Shown here: one piece after another, positions 14,301 through 27,600 of the stretch
How the letters are laid out: each line of letters opens with the position of its first letter
How positions within the stretch are numbered: the first letter of the stretch is position 1
Source: Eukaryota sp. GEM-RC1
Lineage: Eukaryota
Length of the DNA: 64,000 nucleotides
Reading direction: 5' to 3'
Assembly (NCBI GenBank): GCA_040285855.1
Contig: JAUFOQ010000005.1
Coordinates: 992,001-1,056,000, forward strand
Program-made: the position numbers and the translations under genes
Notes under the pieces: generated by a model
Database searches by the model: none
What the model was told of the DNA's origin: nothing
The model's input: the letters and a program-made list of their open reading frames with translations, nothing else

Positions 14301-16052
14301 AATTTCTCCACCACCGTGAAGAGCAAGGTTATCAGAGACAACAAGTTCACCTTTAAGTAGTAGCCTAGCAGATAAAAGCAAATCACCAGGGTTATGTTTA
14401 ACAATGTCAGCATTACCAGGAATATCTATAACACAACGACCTCCAGGGACTCTCCACATATTCATTGATCCATTGTGAACCAAGTCAAAGGAAGTCAGAG
14501 GACCAATCTCAATATGACTAGTACCACCACAAAAGAAGTCTGTACCATTCCAAATAAAAGGAACTTGTGAGGCGATGATGTTTCTTCCAATCAAATGATG
14601 AGGACCTGGATCTTGGAACTGAATTCCATCAAAGATATTAAGAGGATGAAGCCAGGGATTGGTAGTGTAATCGTCAGCAATAGAGTCATTACAACCAAAG
14701 AATCCTCCTCTTTTAATGATAAGCTGATCTTCAGTAGTAATATTACCACATCCACCCATAAGTCCTCCATCCATGTACAGAATCATTGGAACAGTAGCAT
14801 CTCTTTCAAATGAAGTGTTACCTCCAAAGAGATAGAGCTCAGAGAGATCAACACCGTAACCTCCAACTTGAATACCTCCAGAGTGAACAGTAGTAACTCC
14901 ACTTAAAACGACATAGACAGGGTTTCCTGCTTTAGCGGCAGTAGGAGCTAGTCTTAGGGTAGCATCGAACTCCATGTTTGGAAAGAAGGTGTAGTTACGA
15001 CCTTGCTCTTGGAACTCAATCCAAGCTCCTCCTCCCCAGTTAACCCAGGTTTGAGACTCATCCCAAACAAAGCCAGACTCAAAGATGAAAGTACCTCCAG
15101 CGAAGGTAAAGACGGACATATCAGGAACATTGTAAGTAGGATGGACAACCCATTCGACTCCAGCTTCAAATCTAGAGCCAAGGCCCGAGAGAATGACTTC
15201 AGCTTTACTACCAACGACCCATTCAGCTACAGCATTATCACGCTTATGAGAGTTGACAGCTCCAGTGATGTGAAGAGTTCCAGAAGGAACAAGGACAGAT
15301 CCGTGGGTAGAGAGTTCAGAGTGAAGAGTGATGGAGCTAGCATCGTTGGGTTTGTTCACACGTCCCGTAGCAAGAAAGATCTTAGTGAGGTCACCGCTAG
15401 TATGTCTGAGGATACAGTTGGCAGAGGGAAGGTAAAAAATACCGTTAGTGAGATGAAACTGTGTGTTTTGTCCAGATTGGATGGAGTTCCCGACAGCGGT
15501 TTCGATAGATAAGTAAGCGGATCCCAGGAGATTAACGCGGACGTTGTTCATGATTTTGGGTCCCGCGGTTCTGAATCGGAAGCTACCAGTGACAGTGATG
15601 TGGACATTTTCCAAAGTACCGGAGTCAAAATAAAAGGTAGGGGTGTTGATTGTACCAGGACCTTCCACCTTAGCATTACCGTTGTTGATGTGATAGTAGG
15701 TAGTAGGATTGATGTTGTAGTTGTTCATTCGAAGGACATGTCCAAGGGTATGATGTCGAATTTGAGCACATGCGACATTACGAGGTAACTGAGAATAGCA
15801 AACGTTGCGACCAGTGGGACAGCCCCTGCATCGTAGCCATACAACATGCTGAAATAAATAGAAAAGACAGCATCATACACCGGATCTTGGAAACCCTCCC
15901 GTACTAGAACAACCAGACCAGTAACGAAAGTTCCAATGATTGTTGGTCCAAGAACGATAATATGTATCACAACGACACCAATACCTGTAAGCAGATGCTG
16001 ATTGAAGGAGGCAAAGAAGAAATATCAATACAAAAAGTTGTGATGCATGCAT
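2385..16052 (-). CDS. Giant (~4,545 aa) secreted beta-strand repeat protein, adhesin/autotransporter-passenger-like
   Basis: Exon 16052-15879 starts with signal peptide MHASQLFVLIFLLCLLQSASA. A 30-nt GTATGA..TTCAG intron (15878-15849) joins it in frame to the 13.4-kb open frame. Recurring W.GG.I.G.G...K....R..N...W..G.I repeats; central Cys-rich insert. Confidence 0.85.
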
Positions 16053-16226
16053 TTGAAAGGAAAAATGAAACACAACCCCAATCAAAACAAATTGGTTGGT
16101 TTAATTTGACTACGTGCTATTAATAGTAAATCTACTTCTTGCTGCAGAACCCTTGTTATTGTCCTACAATGTCTAGGTAGTTTCGTTTTCTCTTCCCAAA
16201 TTCAGAAAAGTGATCTAGGTATATGT

Positions 16227-16258
16227 AGCATCTAGGTCTAGATCTAGATCTAGATGCT
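16227..16258. repeat. 32-bp near-perfect palindrome built of TCTAGA units
   Basis: AGCATCTAGGTCTAGATCTAGATCTAGATGCT is self-complementary except for one G-T pair. Confidence 0.7.
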
Positions 16259-17199
16259 GAAATCCATTTCTCTCCGTAATTTCCCAGTATCTTGAACAAT
16301 CACATTTTTAACTGTAAACTATGCTTCTAGCTTCTGGAACTACTTCAGTGGATGTGATCCCATGGTATTATGTTTGGCGTAGGATTGTTGTAAGAAACTG
16401 ATCACATCACCTTATCATCAATGAATCCGAGATTTAGTATTGTTGACATCTGTGCATAAGCATTCTTGCTTTTGCGATGAATTGCACATCCATTTCAAAG
16501 ATTCCCTGCTCATTCATTTACTCCCTAACATCACAGTAGCGATGGCTATGTATCAATGCGTTCGAAAACACAAAGTCAACTATTGTTTAGACGACACATT
16601 GAGTTTTTGCCAACTCACAGACCACTTTCTTTCAACGAAAGAAACCGGTTTGATGTTATCCCCATGTCATTTGTTGTTATAAGAGAGTGGGATTGTTGTC
16701 ACTCAATAACACTTTTGAAAGAGAATGTATAAACGCTTTGAATACAAGTACAACCATTTCGATGTTACCGCACATTGTAAATAACAGTACTTTCTTATGT
16801 TGGCAGTTTTGTATTTTGAAGAAGTAGTTACTCTGTTAGTCTAATGGCCAAGACGCAACTTGCGGCTTCCATTTCCATACAATTGTGGATAACTTAGTTT
16901 TAGTCCAACAAACCAGTATAGATGTAAACTACACTACTTTTTCGTTGGAAAGTGGATGATATAGAAGCTATATATGATATGCTTTTGCATAATTTCGTAC
17001 CAGACACTGTACCAGATCAATGTATTACAATATTATGACCCCAACCAATTATTAGCATTGGTCCAATATGCTGCAATTTATGGGACCAATAAACCGAACA
17101 AAAAACCATCTCTCAAAATGACACGTTCAGAGTTGGTCTAGTGTTAGTGAGATATTGGATTCTTTGATTGATTCTTGAAAACCCGCACAAAACTTGACT

Positions 17200-17824
17200 C
17201 ATTCCAAGTATGACTCTCAAACATAGTTGCAAAACACAAAGACATTTTTGTTATGTGAAATTGTGATTGTTGTGTTGTCCTATATCTGCATTCATGATAC
17301 TGTCAGAGATCAAATTTATATGATGTGTAATTCCTACAAAATCGAATCTTTCGTTCAGCCACTGTTGAGATCACTTGAAATCAATAGTTTTATCAATAGT
17401 GATTCTGACAAGACATTTGGTAAACGAAGAGCTGATGTCATCGTTCCATCAGTCAATGATGAACTAACGGTTATTAATGTGATAACTGTGGATTTTAAAA
17501 AAGAAAAATATTGTGCTAAATTGAATTTATTGAATTCGGTTTCACACTCGAATTACTTGTTGTACCCTTTTGTATTTTCACTGTACGAGTTCTTTAGATG
17601 AATCTGCAACACCATTACCTAAAATCTATGTGAAGATTGTAAAAGAAAAAACATCTAGGACTTTTGATCTTAAATTTTGGAAAAGTCGAATTGTGTTTGC
17701 TATCTTTGAAGGTATGGTGACTTCTGTATCTAGCGCTTTATTTTCTCTTGGTAGACATGATGAGGATAAGGTCGGTGAGAATTTCCAGATAGGCAAGCTG
17801 GCCTTTGAGGTTATTCATTATTAG
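17200..17824 (+). mobile_element. RLE-type non-LTR retrotransposon 3' remnant
   Basis: HDTVRD after a degenerate zinc finger; RRADVIVP...VITVD nuclease motif; YPFVFS; WKSRIVFAIF; frameshifted. Confidence 0.7.
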
Positions 17825-17879
17825 ATGTATGTACAGTGTAGTGTTGTTGTCAATTAAAATAAAAAACGTAAAAAAAACT

Positions 17880-18299
17880 GCGGATGTTTGAAAAAAAAGT
17901 GCATTCAAGGATGCTAAAAATGAAGTTTCTCCACTGAATTCTTCAGAACAATACAAGAGAAACAAATATGATGAACCATTGATTGCTCTCAAACTTATTA
18001 GACATGTTGAGTACAAATTATGTCCCTTTGCAATTACAATTTATGGTCGACTTGGTAAAGATGCTCTTTGTTTTCTCTCTGATTTTGAGAAAGTGGTCAA
18101 AAATAGAATGAACAAGAAATTTGATTTCAAATTTTGGTTGAATCGCATTGTTTTTACATTATTTGAAACAATTCCTATCATGATTGCAAAAGCTCTATTA
18201 GCTCTCAGTGTTTTTTATGAAGAAAAAGCTGATGTGAGTTTTGATGGCAATGGTCGTTGCTTTAATAATATTGAGTTTAAGTATTTGTGGTTTTCTTAG
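17880..18299 (+). mobile_element. RLE-type non-LTR retrotransposon 3' remnant (second copy)
   Basis: CPFAITIYGRLGKDAL...FWLNRIVFTLF, homologous to the other copies in the window. Confidence 0.7.
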
Positions 18300-18944
18300 T
18301 GTTTTTTTTCATAAAAACATCTACAGTTTTCAAAAAAAGAGTACACGTACTACAGTTGTAAGACTATATTTATTATACTACTGTATAATAAAAAAAATAC
18401 GTTTCTTATCATATTCCAAATTTGATAATATTTATAGAGAAAATAACAAATATACTTTTGATATATTAATCGAACAAACAATAAGTTGGTGCGGAAATAG
18501 TACTGAGTATATATGTAGTTACATTGTATAATTTACAGCCTTACTTCAAGAATAGAGACTTCTCGGCTCTAAATACACTGTTCATTGATCATTGGAAGCT
18601 TTACAAGGACCAACTGATAGTGTACTACAAACATAGAACTATACTATTCACCCACAGTGTCCTTATAATTCCTTGTTGCAGAAAGTAAAGTGCTTTGTGT
18701 TTTAGATTTATGACTTTATATTTGTAAGAAAACAATATCAGAAAAACTACAATGCACTACACGACATTCACTGGAACAAGATAGATCAAAAGTATAGTCA
18801 TCGTTTCTATCATTAATTATGGTGAGACTGTAGTATTGTGATAATACCTTATTTCTGATGCTCAACTCAATTGTTAGAAAACAGATTCAGAGAAAAGGGA
18901 TATCTCCAAAAACTTCACCAGTGATATTCTTCAATAATCAATAA

Positions 18945-19357
18945 ATGTCAACTCCAGAGTTCTTTGAGAATGAAAACGTCCTAAATGATATGATGGTAGA
19001 CCAATTGCTTGAAATGGAGGAAATGGAAGAAGGTTTCATTGAATCTCTGATTTCCATGTTTGAGGATGACTACAATGAGAAAATGGTATCGATGGAGGAG
19101 GAACTAAGGTACGCTCATCACAAAAGTGTTTTAATTGCAGTAGAAACGACTTGCGGGCGTTTGGAGAAGAAGCACATGCTTTGAAGGGAGCATCCGGTAA
19201 TCTTGGTTTAAATTTATTACACATATTGTATGCAAAGTTGCAGACTGCTGGATTCCAAGGAGATCTGGAGACTTGTAGGAAATTGTTTCCATTAACCAAA
19301 TCCATTCATCAGAACTCCATCACTGAATTACGTCATCGAATTTCTTCAAAAAGCTGA
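18945..19357 (+). CDS. Histidine phosphotransfer (HPt, YPD1/AHP-like) protein
   Basis: 32-nt GTACGC..TGCAG intron 19109-19140 joins two ORFs into ...EEELSRNDLRAFGEEAHALKGASGNLG, which carries the H.LKG.S..LG HPt motif. Confidence 0.9.
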
Positions 19358-19561
19358 GAGTACATGTATTGCAATTCCATGACCTCTTTTGTGATCTTCA
19401 ATTCCATATTTTGATGTTTAGTTTTGTTGTAAATGTACAGTATTTGTAAGTAGTGAAGTTTTACGTGGAAGCACTCGTGATACGCATACAAGCCGAAACT
19501 AACTTATTTTATTATACATTAAAGGACGACTTGAAACTAAAACAAAAAAGTCGAAGATAGT

Positions 19562-20480
19562 CTACTTCATTCTATAAAATGCAATGGATCTAGTGACAGT
19601 TGATTTAGGACAAGAGGTTGGTCTGAAAACAGGGGTATTCAAAACTGTCTTTTGTCTGGGTCCCTTGGGTTCTGCTCCTGGTCCTTTATACTCAGGGAAT
19701 GGAGAAAAAGTACCACCAACTAGTCCACACTTGGATGGACTAGAAGGAACAAATGGTTTTAAAGCTTTCTCAGTCTTCTTTGCAGTCTTGGGAGAAGCAA
19801 ATGCACCAGGTTCATACTTGAAAGAGTTGTTTTTGTCAAAACATGGTGTGGAATGAGAAGTGGAGACAAAAGGCTTGCTATCGACTCTCTTCTTCTGTTC
19901 TAGTTCACGCTCGGTCTTTCGGAGGTTGTTAGCATCAGTCACAGGTTCGGGTGTGTACTCGGGTGCTTTACCAATAGTGACACCTGAATATGAGTATCCT
20001 GTTCCTTTCTTTGAAGGAGAAGTGTAGAAATTTCTGGGTTCATGCTTGATGTTTGTGCGATCAACTTTGGGAGCGGTTTCAGGTTCGTATTTGAAGGTGC
20101 CTAGTGTACCAAATGCCGGAGAAATCAAACCAGGACCAGTAGCCTTTTTAGCAGGAGATGACGGGCGGAATGGTTCCTTTACGATAGCCTTCTTTGACTG
20201 ATTGAGACGTTCTCTACGCGCTATAGTTTCCATTTCTACATAAGGTTCGTTGGTATAAAGAGACCTAAGATCAGTTAAGTAGTATGAACCCATACTTGAA
20301 AGGTTCAAAGGTCGTGTCGTTGGTTTTGCCTTTCTTTACACAAGCAGTCTTCATTTGAGTCCCTTTGTAGCGAGAATCGAGTTTTTCCTTCTTATCATAA
20401 GGATCATTGGTGGAATTGAGGATAGGAGCGGAGAAATAACCCAGAGAGTTGAGATCTTGTGAAGAATTAGCTGTTGGCAT
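19562..20480 (-). CDS. CFAP96: Cilia/flagella-associated protein 96 (C4orf47/DUF4586-like)
   Basis: 31-nt intron 20295-20265 joins the ORFs (FEPFK/SLYTNEPY); motifs PF.PSSP.KK and NFYTSPSKKGTGY.Y..VTIG. Confidence 0.8.
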
Positions 20481-20783
20481 TTGAATATAAAACCGAAAGC
20501 GCGGTTAATAAGTGAAGGTGTGGGAAGAAGTCTGACCCATTTCCTCTTCTTGTCATTGATCATGTTTGTTCAACCTACCTATAAGACACGGAATTCCTCT
20601 TCATAGTTATTGTGTGAAGTGAACGCTTTGTGTGGTTTCATTTGTTCCCCTGTTCTACTTCATTACATGCTGAACAAACTCTTCAATGTAGAACGATTTC
20701 TCTTTTCCATCCCCTTCATTCTGATGTGGCTTTCTAAATTTAAATTTGTCTGACCAGATATCTGACAAACCTTCGTAATTTTA

Positions 20784-21230
20784 ATGTCACAAACACCACC
20801 AAAGCCACCTGGACAGGGGACACGACGTCCCTCCAGGGATGAACTACGTCATCGTTGGCGTGCTAGAGCAGTACTAGATGATAGAGATGTAGTTGCTAGA
20901 AGAAATGCAGCTGCCCTAATGGCATCAGACCCTGCTTTAAAGCAAATACCTTTTGGGACTGCTGAGTACTTTGCAGTCTTTGATAGATTAGTAGCTACCT
21001 GGCAGAACATTGTAGATTTACCATCCGCAAGAGAACAAAGTCAAATGGGTAGAGTAGGTGATCGAAGGAGATCAATCAGTTTTACCCCTGATTTTCAGGA
21101 ATCAGAACCACTTGATTGGCGACGTCAGAGACGTCATACAATTACAGCCATTCCAGAAGGTTTTGCAATGCCAGGACTAGAAGATGACGATGTGAAGCCA
21201 TCTTCATATGAATATGACATTGAAAAGTAG
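20784..21230 (+). CDS. Hypothetical protein (148 aa)
   Basis: Clean ATG-TAG ORF with gene-like composition; RRxS/T motifs; no family recognised. Confidence 0.6.
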   Translation: MSQTPPKPPGQGTRRPSRDELRHRWRARAVLDDRDVVARRNAAALMASDPALKQIPFGTAEYFAVFDRLVATWQNIVDLPSAREQSQMGRVGDRRRSISFTPDFQESEPLDWRRQRRHTITAIPEGFAMPGLEDDDVKPSSYEYDIEK

Positions 21231-22149
21231 ACTACTTTCACATATGTATTTCACTGTATTATTCTACAACGATTATTCTGTAAATTATTGTATGACGAGT
21301 CTTGTGTAATCGAAATTCGTTTCGCTTACACTGGATTTCATTCCGTTTCAACCGCAAAGTTATTAGTAATAGTCAAACATCATTAACAAAAAAAGGTAGG
21401 AGTGTGTGAAATAGAAAGAACCAATATAGAGATGGAATTACGTTTGACCAATGAACTAAATTGTTGACTTTAATTAATGTCTGTCAAATTGGTGACAGTG
21501 ACGTTTCACACAGATATAATACTATATCTATCTTGGTTTAAATAGAATGTCCAACAATTACCCAAGTACCAGACTACCCAAACAGAGTTTTAAACATCTA
21601 TACAAGTGGTTTTAACATACCTGCAGACTAGTGTGATCACCCATTAAATCATATCGAACTGAAACAACGATTCTTATGTGAAGAGGATTAATCCTGTATT
21701 TACTTCTATTGTTTATGAGCGTTTGGATATACATACAAGAAGTTGCCAACTGTGTGGTATTACAGCAGTCATTTGTTAAACGTGTGATAGTTATTATTAG
21801 TATAAACATACATGCTGCAGAATGGAAAATAGTAATAGACGACCAATGACTGAAATCTATTCTAGAGGATCACTACTGTTTCTTGTGTTTGAAAAGACCT
21901 GGTATTCCATTTGATGTTTTACATTTCAAAGAAATACAATAAATTCGATTTTTAATTCCTGGCCACTTTCTGTTTCCTTTTGGTAATTTTACAGTTATAT
22001 CCCATTACTACAAGTGACAATAAATATGGCAAAGCATCAAATTCAACGGAAAAATAACAATTGAAATTTTTGTTCATTTTGTATCTCAACATTTGTCAAT
22101 AAAAACTGCACCGTACTTAATTTACAACAGTAATTTATTACATATTAAT

Positions 22150-22240
22150 TTAGAAAACATAAGAAGATAAATTCTCTACATCAACACGAGAGCTATCTCT
22201 ATACAATTTGGAATAAATGGAACTAAAATATTTATGTTTG
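22150..22240 (-). mobile_element. Short 3' end of RLE retroelement, inverted orientation
   Basis: KYFSSIYSKLYRDSSRVDVENLSS matches KYLCSIYFMYMNNSRVDVENSTS at ~22968-23040 (+). Confidence 0.55.
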
Positions 22241-22552
22241 TCAATTGTACGTTGTTGTCCCTTCTTCTGCAGACAAATTGTTTGTTGATGATGTTGTGTC
22301 AGTGGATGTTTGTAAAAAGAAATCTTTAAAGAATACTTACTCTGAAACTTCCCCTTTAGACATTTCTGAACAAGCCAAGCAGGATAAGAACAAGAAACCA
22401 TCGATGGCTTTAAAACATGTAAAACATGCTGAATACGAGTATTACTGGACAGTATGTTCTTTCGCTGTTCCAATTTACAGACGTTTAGGAAAAAGTATAT
22501 TGAATTTTTTAAACGATTTCCGAAAAATCGTAAAAAAACAGGATGAACAAAC

Positions 22553-24033
22553 TAGACATTTCATTCAGCGTGACGCGTTGTGACGCGTCGAACGTCACGT
22601 CGACGTTGCACTGCGTCGACTTCTGATTTCTTATTCCAGGTTGCGTCACGTCGACTTCAGAATTTTGGTGTCGCGTCGCAACGCGTCTCGACGCGTCACT
22701 TATATAATTGTCACTTCATGTTTGAATATGTTGACCCAGATTATAGTGATTTGTTTACTCCGATTTTTTGGACAAAATATTCTCTAGTAGAACTTTGGAT
22801 AAACAAGTTATTCTAATTAATATGAATTTCAGTTTTTGGTAGTTATTGGTCCAGCAGTTATAAAATTATTCAGTGATTTTCATCTTTTGTGTCGTTCTAA
22901 TGACACGGTTTTTGATGGTGCTGTATAGATTAATCGAATTATATTTGCTCCTTATAGAAGCATTTTCAAGTATTTATGTTCCATTTATTTCATGTATATG
23001 AACAATTCTCGTGTTGATGTGGAGAATTCAACTTCTTTCATTTTTTGAATTTTGAGGCTTGGAAATTAAATATGCGATTGCGTTTAGGTTTGTTTCCTGC
23101 AGAATTGCTGGACAATTCTGAGTGCATTTGTAGTCATCGTCGCAGTGCAACTTTTAGATATGTAATTAATTGCCCCAAATTTATTCAATTTCGCTCAGTT
23201 CTTCATAATGCTGTCAGAGATGTTACATTTCAAATGTTTAAGGCTCATGGATTTCATGCCAAAGTTGAACCTTAATTTAGTAAGTTGGGTCTTGATTTAA
23301 TTAATAATTCTCGTCGAGGTGACTTACATGGTCCTTTTGTTGATTCTAGTCAAATTATCCTTGATGTTACAACAGTAGATCCATGTGCTCAAACTTATGT
23401 TAATGGCTTGAATTCAAAAGGTTTTAATCACCTAGAAACAGCTGAAAAACGTAAAATTGATTTGTATTCCAAAGATGTTGCTAAACTCAATCAAAATTTA
23501 TATTCAAAATTTGTATTTGTTCCATTTGCTATTTCTATTTTCGATAGTATTGGTGAAATGGCTTCTAAGTTTTTTACTGATTTTGGATCTATGTGTAAGT
23601 CTCAGAATAAGAGATTTAACTTATCAATTTGGCATAACCGTTTGATTTTTTCTTTGTTCCGTTCGGTGCCTAAGTTTTTTAAATCAATTTTCACAAAGTT
23701 GTATAAAAACTGTGGTACTGTTGACCAGGAATTTTCGGTGTCTAGTGTTTCATAGCTTTTATTATGATATGTATTTTTGTACCCTCCATCAATGAACTGT
23801 TTAATGTTTTTGAATTAGTATGCAGTGTCTTAATTTATTGTTGCACTTAAAATCTTTAGTTCTGTTGTAATGTCATACATGTATGACGAAAAATATTGCA
23901 TTGACAATGATTATTGTATTTGGATCTACGTCGCGACGACGTTGACGCGACGCGACCATTGTACGCGCTGAGTGACTCCGACGCGGAACAAATGACGTCA
24001 CGTCGCGTCGATCCACGCTGAATGACATGTCTA
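22553..24033. mobile_element. Non-autonomous hAT-type DNA transposon containing retroelement fragments
   Basis: 20-bp TIR TAGACAT(T/G)TCATTCAGCGTG; perfect 8-bp TSD GAACAAAC (22545-22552, 24034-24041); CpG-rich GACGCG/CGTCG subterminal repeats. Confidence 0.9.
22820..23755 (+). mobile_element. Two tandem RLE retroelement 3' fragments inside the hAT element
   Basis: CIC...INC...LHNAVRD zinc finger; RRGDL.GP...LDVTTVDP nuclease; AEKRK...Y; FVPFAIS. Confidence 0.75.
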
Positions 24034-24615
24034 GAACAAACGTTTGGATCATATGTTATGGTTGAATCGGATCGTTTTTACTGTTTTTAAAACAGTTCCC
24101 CTAATCATCTCCAAAGCTTTATTATCAGTGAGTTCTTGTTATGAGGACAAAGTTGTTCTATGGTTCGATAGCGACGGGTGTTGTTTTAATGATATCAAAT
24201 TTAAGTTGTTTGTTCTATTACATTTATAATAAAATAGAAGAGTCCCCAAAAATTGTACTTTTAGTTTTGATTAAATGTTGATCTGTGTCAAAACAGATTT
24301 TCGACCAACATTTACTCAAGGCGCCACACTGCTTTATATTAGGACTATTTAAAACACATAAGTGAATGGTTTGAACAACAGCATCAACAACTAACTTTCT
24401 GCAAACACAAATACTGACCAAAATACCTTAGTGATGAAACCAGCGACCTGAAGGCAATACTCAAATACTAGTACTATTAAAAAGTTATTTTTTCAGCAAA
24501 TAATAAAAATACGATATGTGTTTGACTAGCAATAGGAGGAGATCAGAAGTCACCCATTGTTTAAAAAAAAGACTAAAAATCAAACCGCTGGGGACAAGTT
24601 CGAAATAAATAGGCT

Positions 24616-27600
24616 CTACTCAGATTCAACTAAAACAAAAACACTTTTAGAAGAAGCACTATCATATAAAAGCTCACGGGTTCCTCTATATTTATGATCA
24701 TCATGCCATTCAACATATGCGCGATCAGATTTCAAAATATGATTTAAGAGCCAGTTCCTCAAAAACGTCATCAAAGACATGTCAATCTGGGTTTCTCCCT
24801 TTTCAAATTTCTCATAAAAATTCAATACTTGCCCTTCTAGTTTTCGATGATAAGCTTTGTGAGATTGAGCTCCAGGATAATCCGTAGCATCAAAGAACTC
24901 TTCCTCAGCTGCAAAATGATTCTTGGTATAGTCTAAAAGTCCATAAAGAGCATCGCTGAGAACTTTCTTACTTTTAACATCAATCATTGCAGCTTTATAA
25001 ACGGCATTCATAATATCGACTAGAACTTTATGCTGAGCGTCAACCCAATCAATTCCGATTTCAAGAGATGAATCCCAGGAAATCAGATTTTGATCTCTAC
25101 ATTCAGCTGGGACCATTTTGAGCATACGACGAGTAGAAATACTATCAGAAAAGATTTTGTTGGAAATAGAAGCAAAGAATGTGTAACGAAGAACAATTAT
25201 AGCAATTACAAATAGAATTAATGAAGTTAGTCGGACGTTAGAAAACTCAGTTAGAGAATCTAAGGCAAATTGAACCATGATTTCAGAAAATCGAGTTGAG
25301 GATTGAAAAAGTGACGTATAAACTGAAAGAAATAACGAAGGAGCACCAGAGTGACACGATTGAGCTAAAAAGAACCAGTTATAGTAATACAAACTAAATA
25401 GTTCAGGGTTAGTTAAACTTGGACATGTAGAGTCATTGACAGCTACACAACTTGTAGGAGAGAAGTAGAAGTCAGAAGCCTCAGATTCTAAGGAGAGAAG
25501 CGTTGTATAAGAGGGAATACTCAAGTCAAAGTCATTGAGATTGAAAGTATCAGGAGAACAAAAAGAAGAGGAAGCGTCTAAAACAAGGTGACCACTTAAA
25601 AGATTGTTTAATTTAAAAACAGCATGATTTAAATAAGAGTGAGTGTTTGAGGAATTGGTCATAGAATTTGAAAAAATTAGAGAATTTTGGGTAACAAGCG
25701 AATTTGAAACTTCAAAATTCTCCATCATTGGATTAGTCACTCTAATTTGATTGAAGAAAAGAAGAGAAAATACGAGAACAATTGTAACTACAGAGGTTAG
25801 AGTTACAATAAAGAAATTTTTCAATTTTTTTAAGTTTTCACTAGACGAAACTCCTTTCCCTGATAACATTTTAGTTCGCTCAGCTGAGGTCAATTCAGTT
25901 CGATTAGACATTGCATCGAACTTGGACGAGTAATTACCTTGAATTTTTGATCTTTTGGCAATATCATCAAGCTTTTGCAATGATTTTAAAGCAATTGATC
26001 GGTCAATTTCCAGGAATAACCTGATTGCAGACGCACGATTTTGATTGAGCTCAGTAAAGCACGCTGCCAGTTTAACAAAAGTGATTACACAAAGAGCAAG
26101 ACAAAATATCAACAATGATAGAACAAACACGCTCAAAATGAAACGTGATGATTGAAGGCTAGGAGTTAATTGCTTTAAAAGGGTATCAAAACCTGGAGAC
26201 AGATAGAATTCAAATAAATTTGACAAGTCTTTAAACAACGTGATTTGATTGGGCTCAGTCAGTGATTGAACATTCAAGACTTCTCGAGAAATCTCACGAA
26301 ACATGTCATAAAACGTCGATTGTAGCGAAAACCTAGAGAAATCCAAGTGATGCTCAATGTCAATGAGATCTTTAACAGAAGTTCTCCAGTACCTATTAAC
26401 AGAAGAAGATCGCCTAAAAGCCACTGGTAACAAATCCCTAATAGTTCTTGACGACTCAGAAAGTACAGTAAAATTAAGTAAGTCATAACGACTAGAGGAA
26501 ACCGAACCAAGAGCCTGCACGAAACCCGTTTGATAGTTTAACTTAGTTAAAGATTCATGAGCAGATATATGGTCTTGATAACTAGTGATCAGACTCGAAT
26601 GAAGTAGAAACAATAGTATTGCTGAAGAAATTAGGGCAAAAGACAATAATCGTAAGTAAAACCTAGCCTTATTAGAAATACCATCGTGACTAGAGTCACC
26701 AACCAGCAAAGTTTCCTTTGTAGTTTGACTACCACCTCCAGCTATAGACCCGTCACTATTCGTATAAGCCACAGATTCTACAACAGAACCAGCGCCAGAC
26801 AGACTTTTACCATCCTCAGCTCCAGGAGCAGAAGCCATCATAGCAGAGGATTCTAGTTTAGCTGCCATTGATTCGTCAGCAAGGACATCTCTAGCAAATT
26901 GAGCAGCTTGCCGATACACAACAGGATTATAAGAAAACCTCGTGATTAAACTATCAAAATAGCTAATTGCTTCAGTTTCATACTCTACAATTCTACTAGA
27001 AATGGCGGGAAGTCGTTGGATGTGAGTTACTGAACCAGAGGTAGAACCTTCTAATAAGGAAGACCAGAATCTCCTCAGCTCTTCTATTGTCTGCATGTAA
27101 TACCTACGTGCTTGGAAAGAAAGTCGTTGGAAGTCAAGGTACTCCACGATACCCATCTTCTTTGTTGGATCTTCTTCAATTTCCAATTGGGAAGGTGATG
27201 GTGACACTAAGCCCTGTTGTCTTGGAGTTTTCGAACTAGTACGCACAGTTTCTCGATCTTCAACAAATTTAAAAAATTTAAGATCGACTGGAAGAGAAAG
27301 AGTTTCAAACTGATTGTCATTAGTTCTCAAAACTTCAAGGAATTGATTGGACCAAGCAGGTCGTATTTGACCAACAGAACTTTTAAAAAATAATGAAATA
27401 AAAGCGTAATCACGACAGTTTGTGATTGAAAATGATTGGCAGCCATGGATAAAGACAACAATTCCACAAGCAATCAATTCATCTATATAAGCTTCTAGTT
27501 CGTCAAGATCTTCTTCTTGTTTAATAACTGAAGTAGCTTTGTTTAAATAAAACCTTGCTGACAACTCTACATCAAATACAGACTTAAAGATACCAACCAT

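Larger units (their letters stand above)
22245..24229 (+). mobile_element. RLE retroelement 3' remnant split by a hAT-type insertion
   Basis: Removing 22553-24041 restores KNRMNKRLDHMLWLNRIVFTVF, matching KNRMNKKFDFKFWLNRIVFTLF of the 17979 copy. Confidence 0.8.

Noticed and set aside
2428..15788. Numerous short ORFs antisense to or overlapping the giant gene
   Set aside because: Shadow ORFs of a long, codon-biased coding sequence; no motifs
16300..16900. Possible decayed transposase
   Set aside because: No motif clear enough to support a call
22553..24033. CpG-rich repeats as a CRISPR array or CpG-island promoter
   Set aside because: No repeat-spacer periodicity; they lie directly inside TIRs with a TSD
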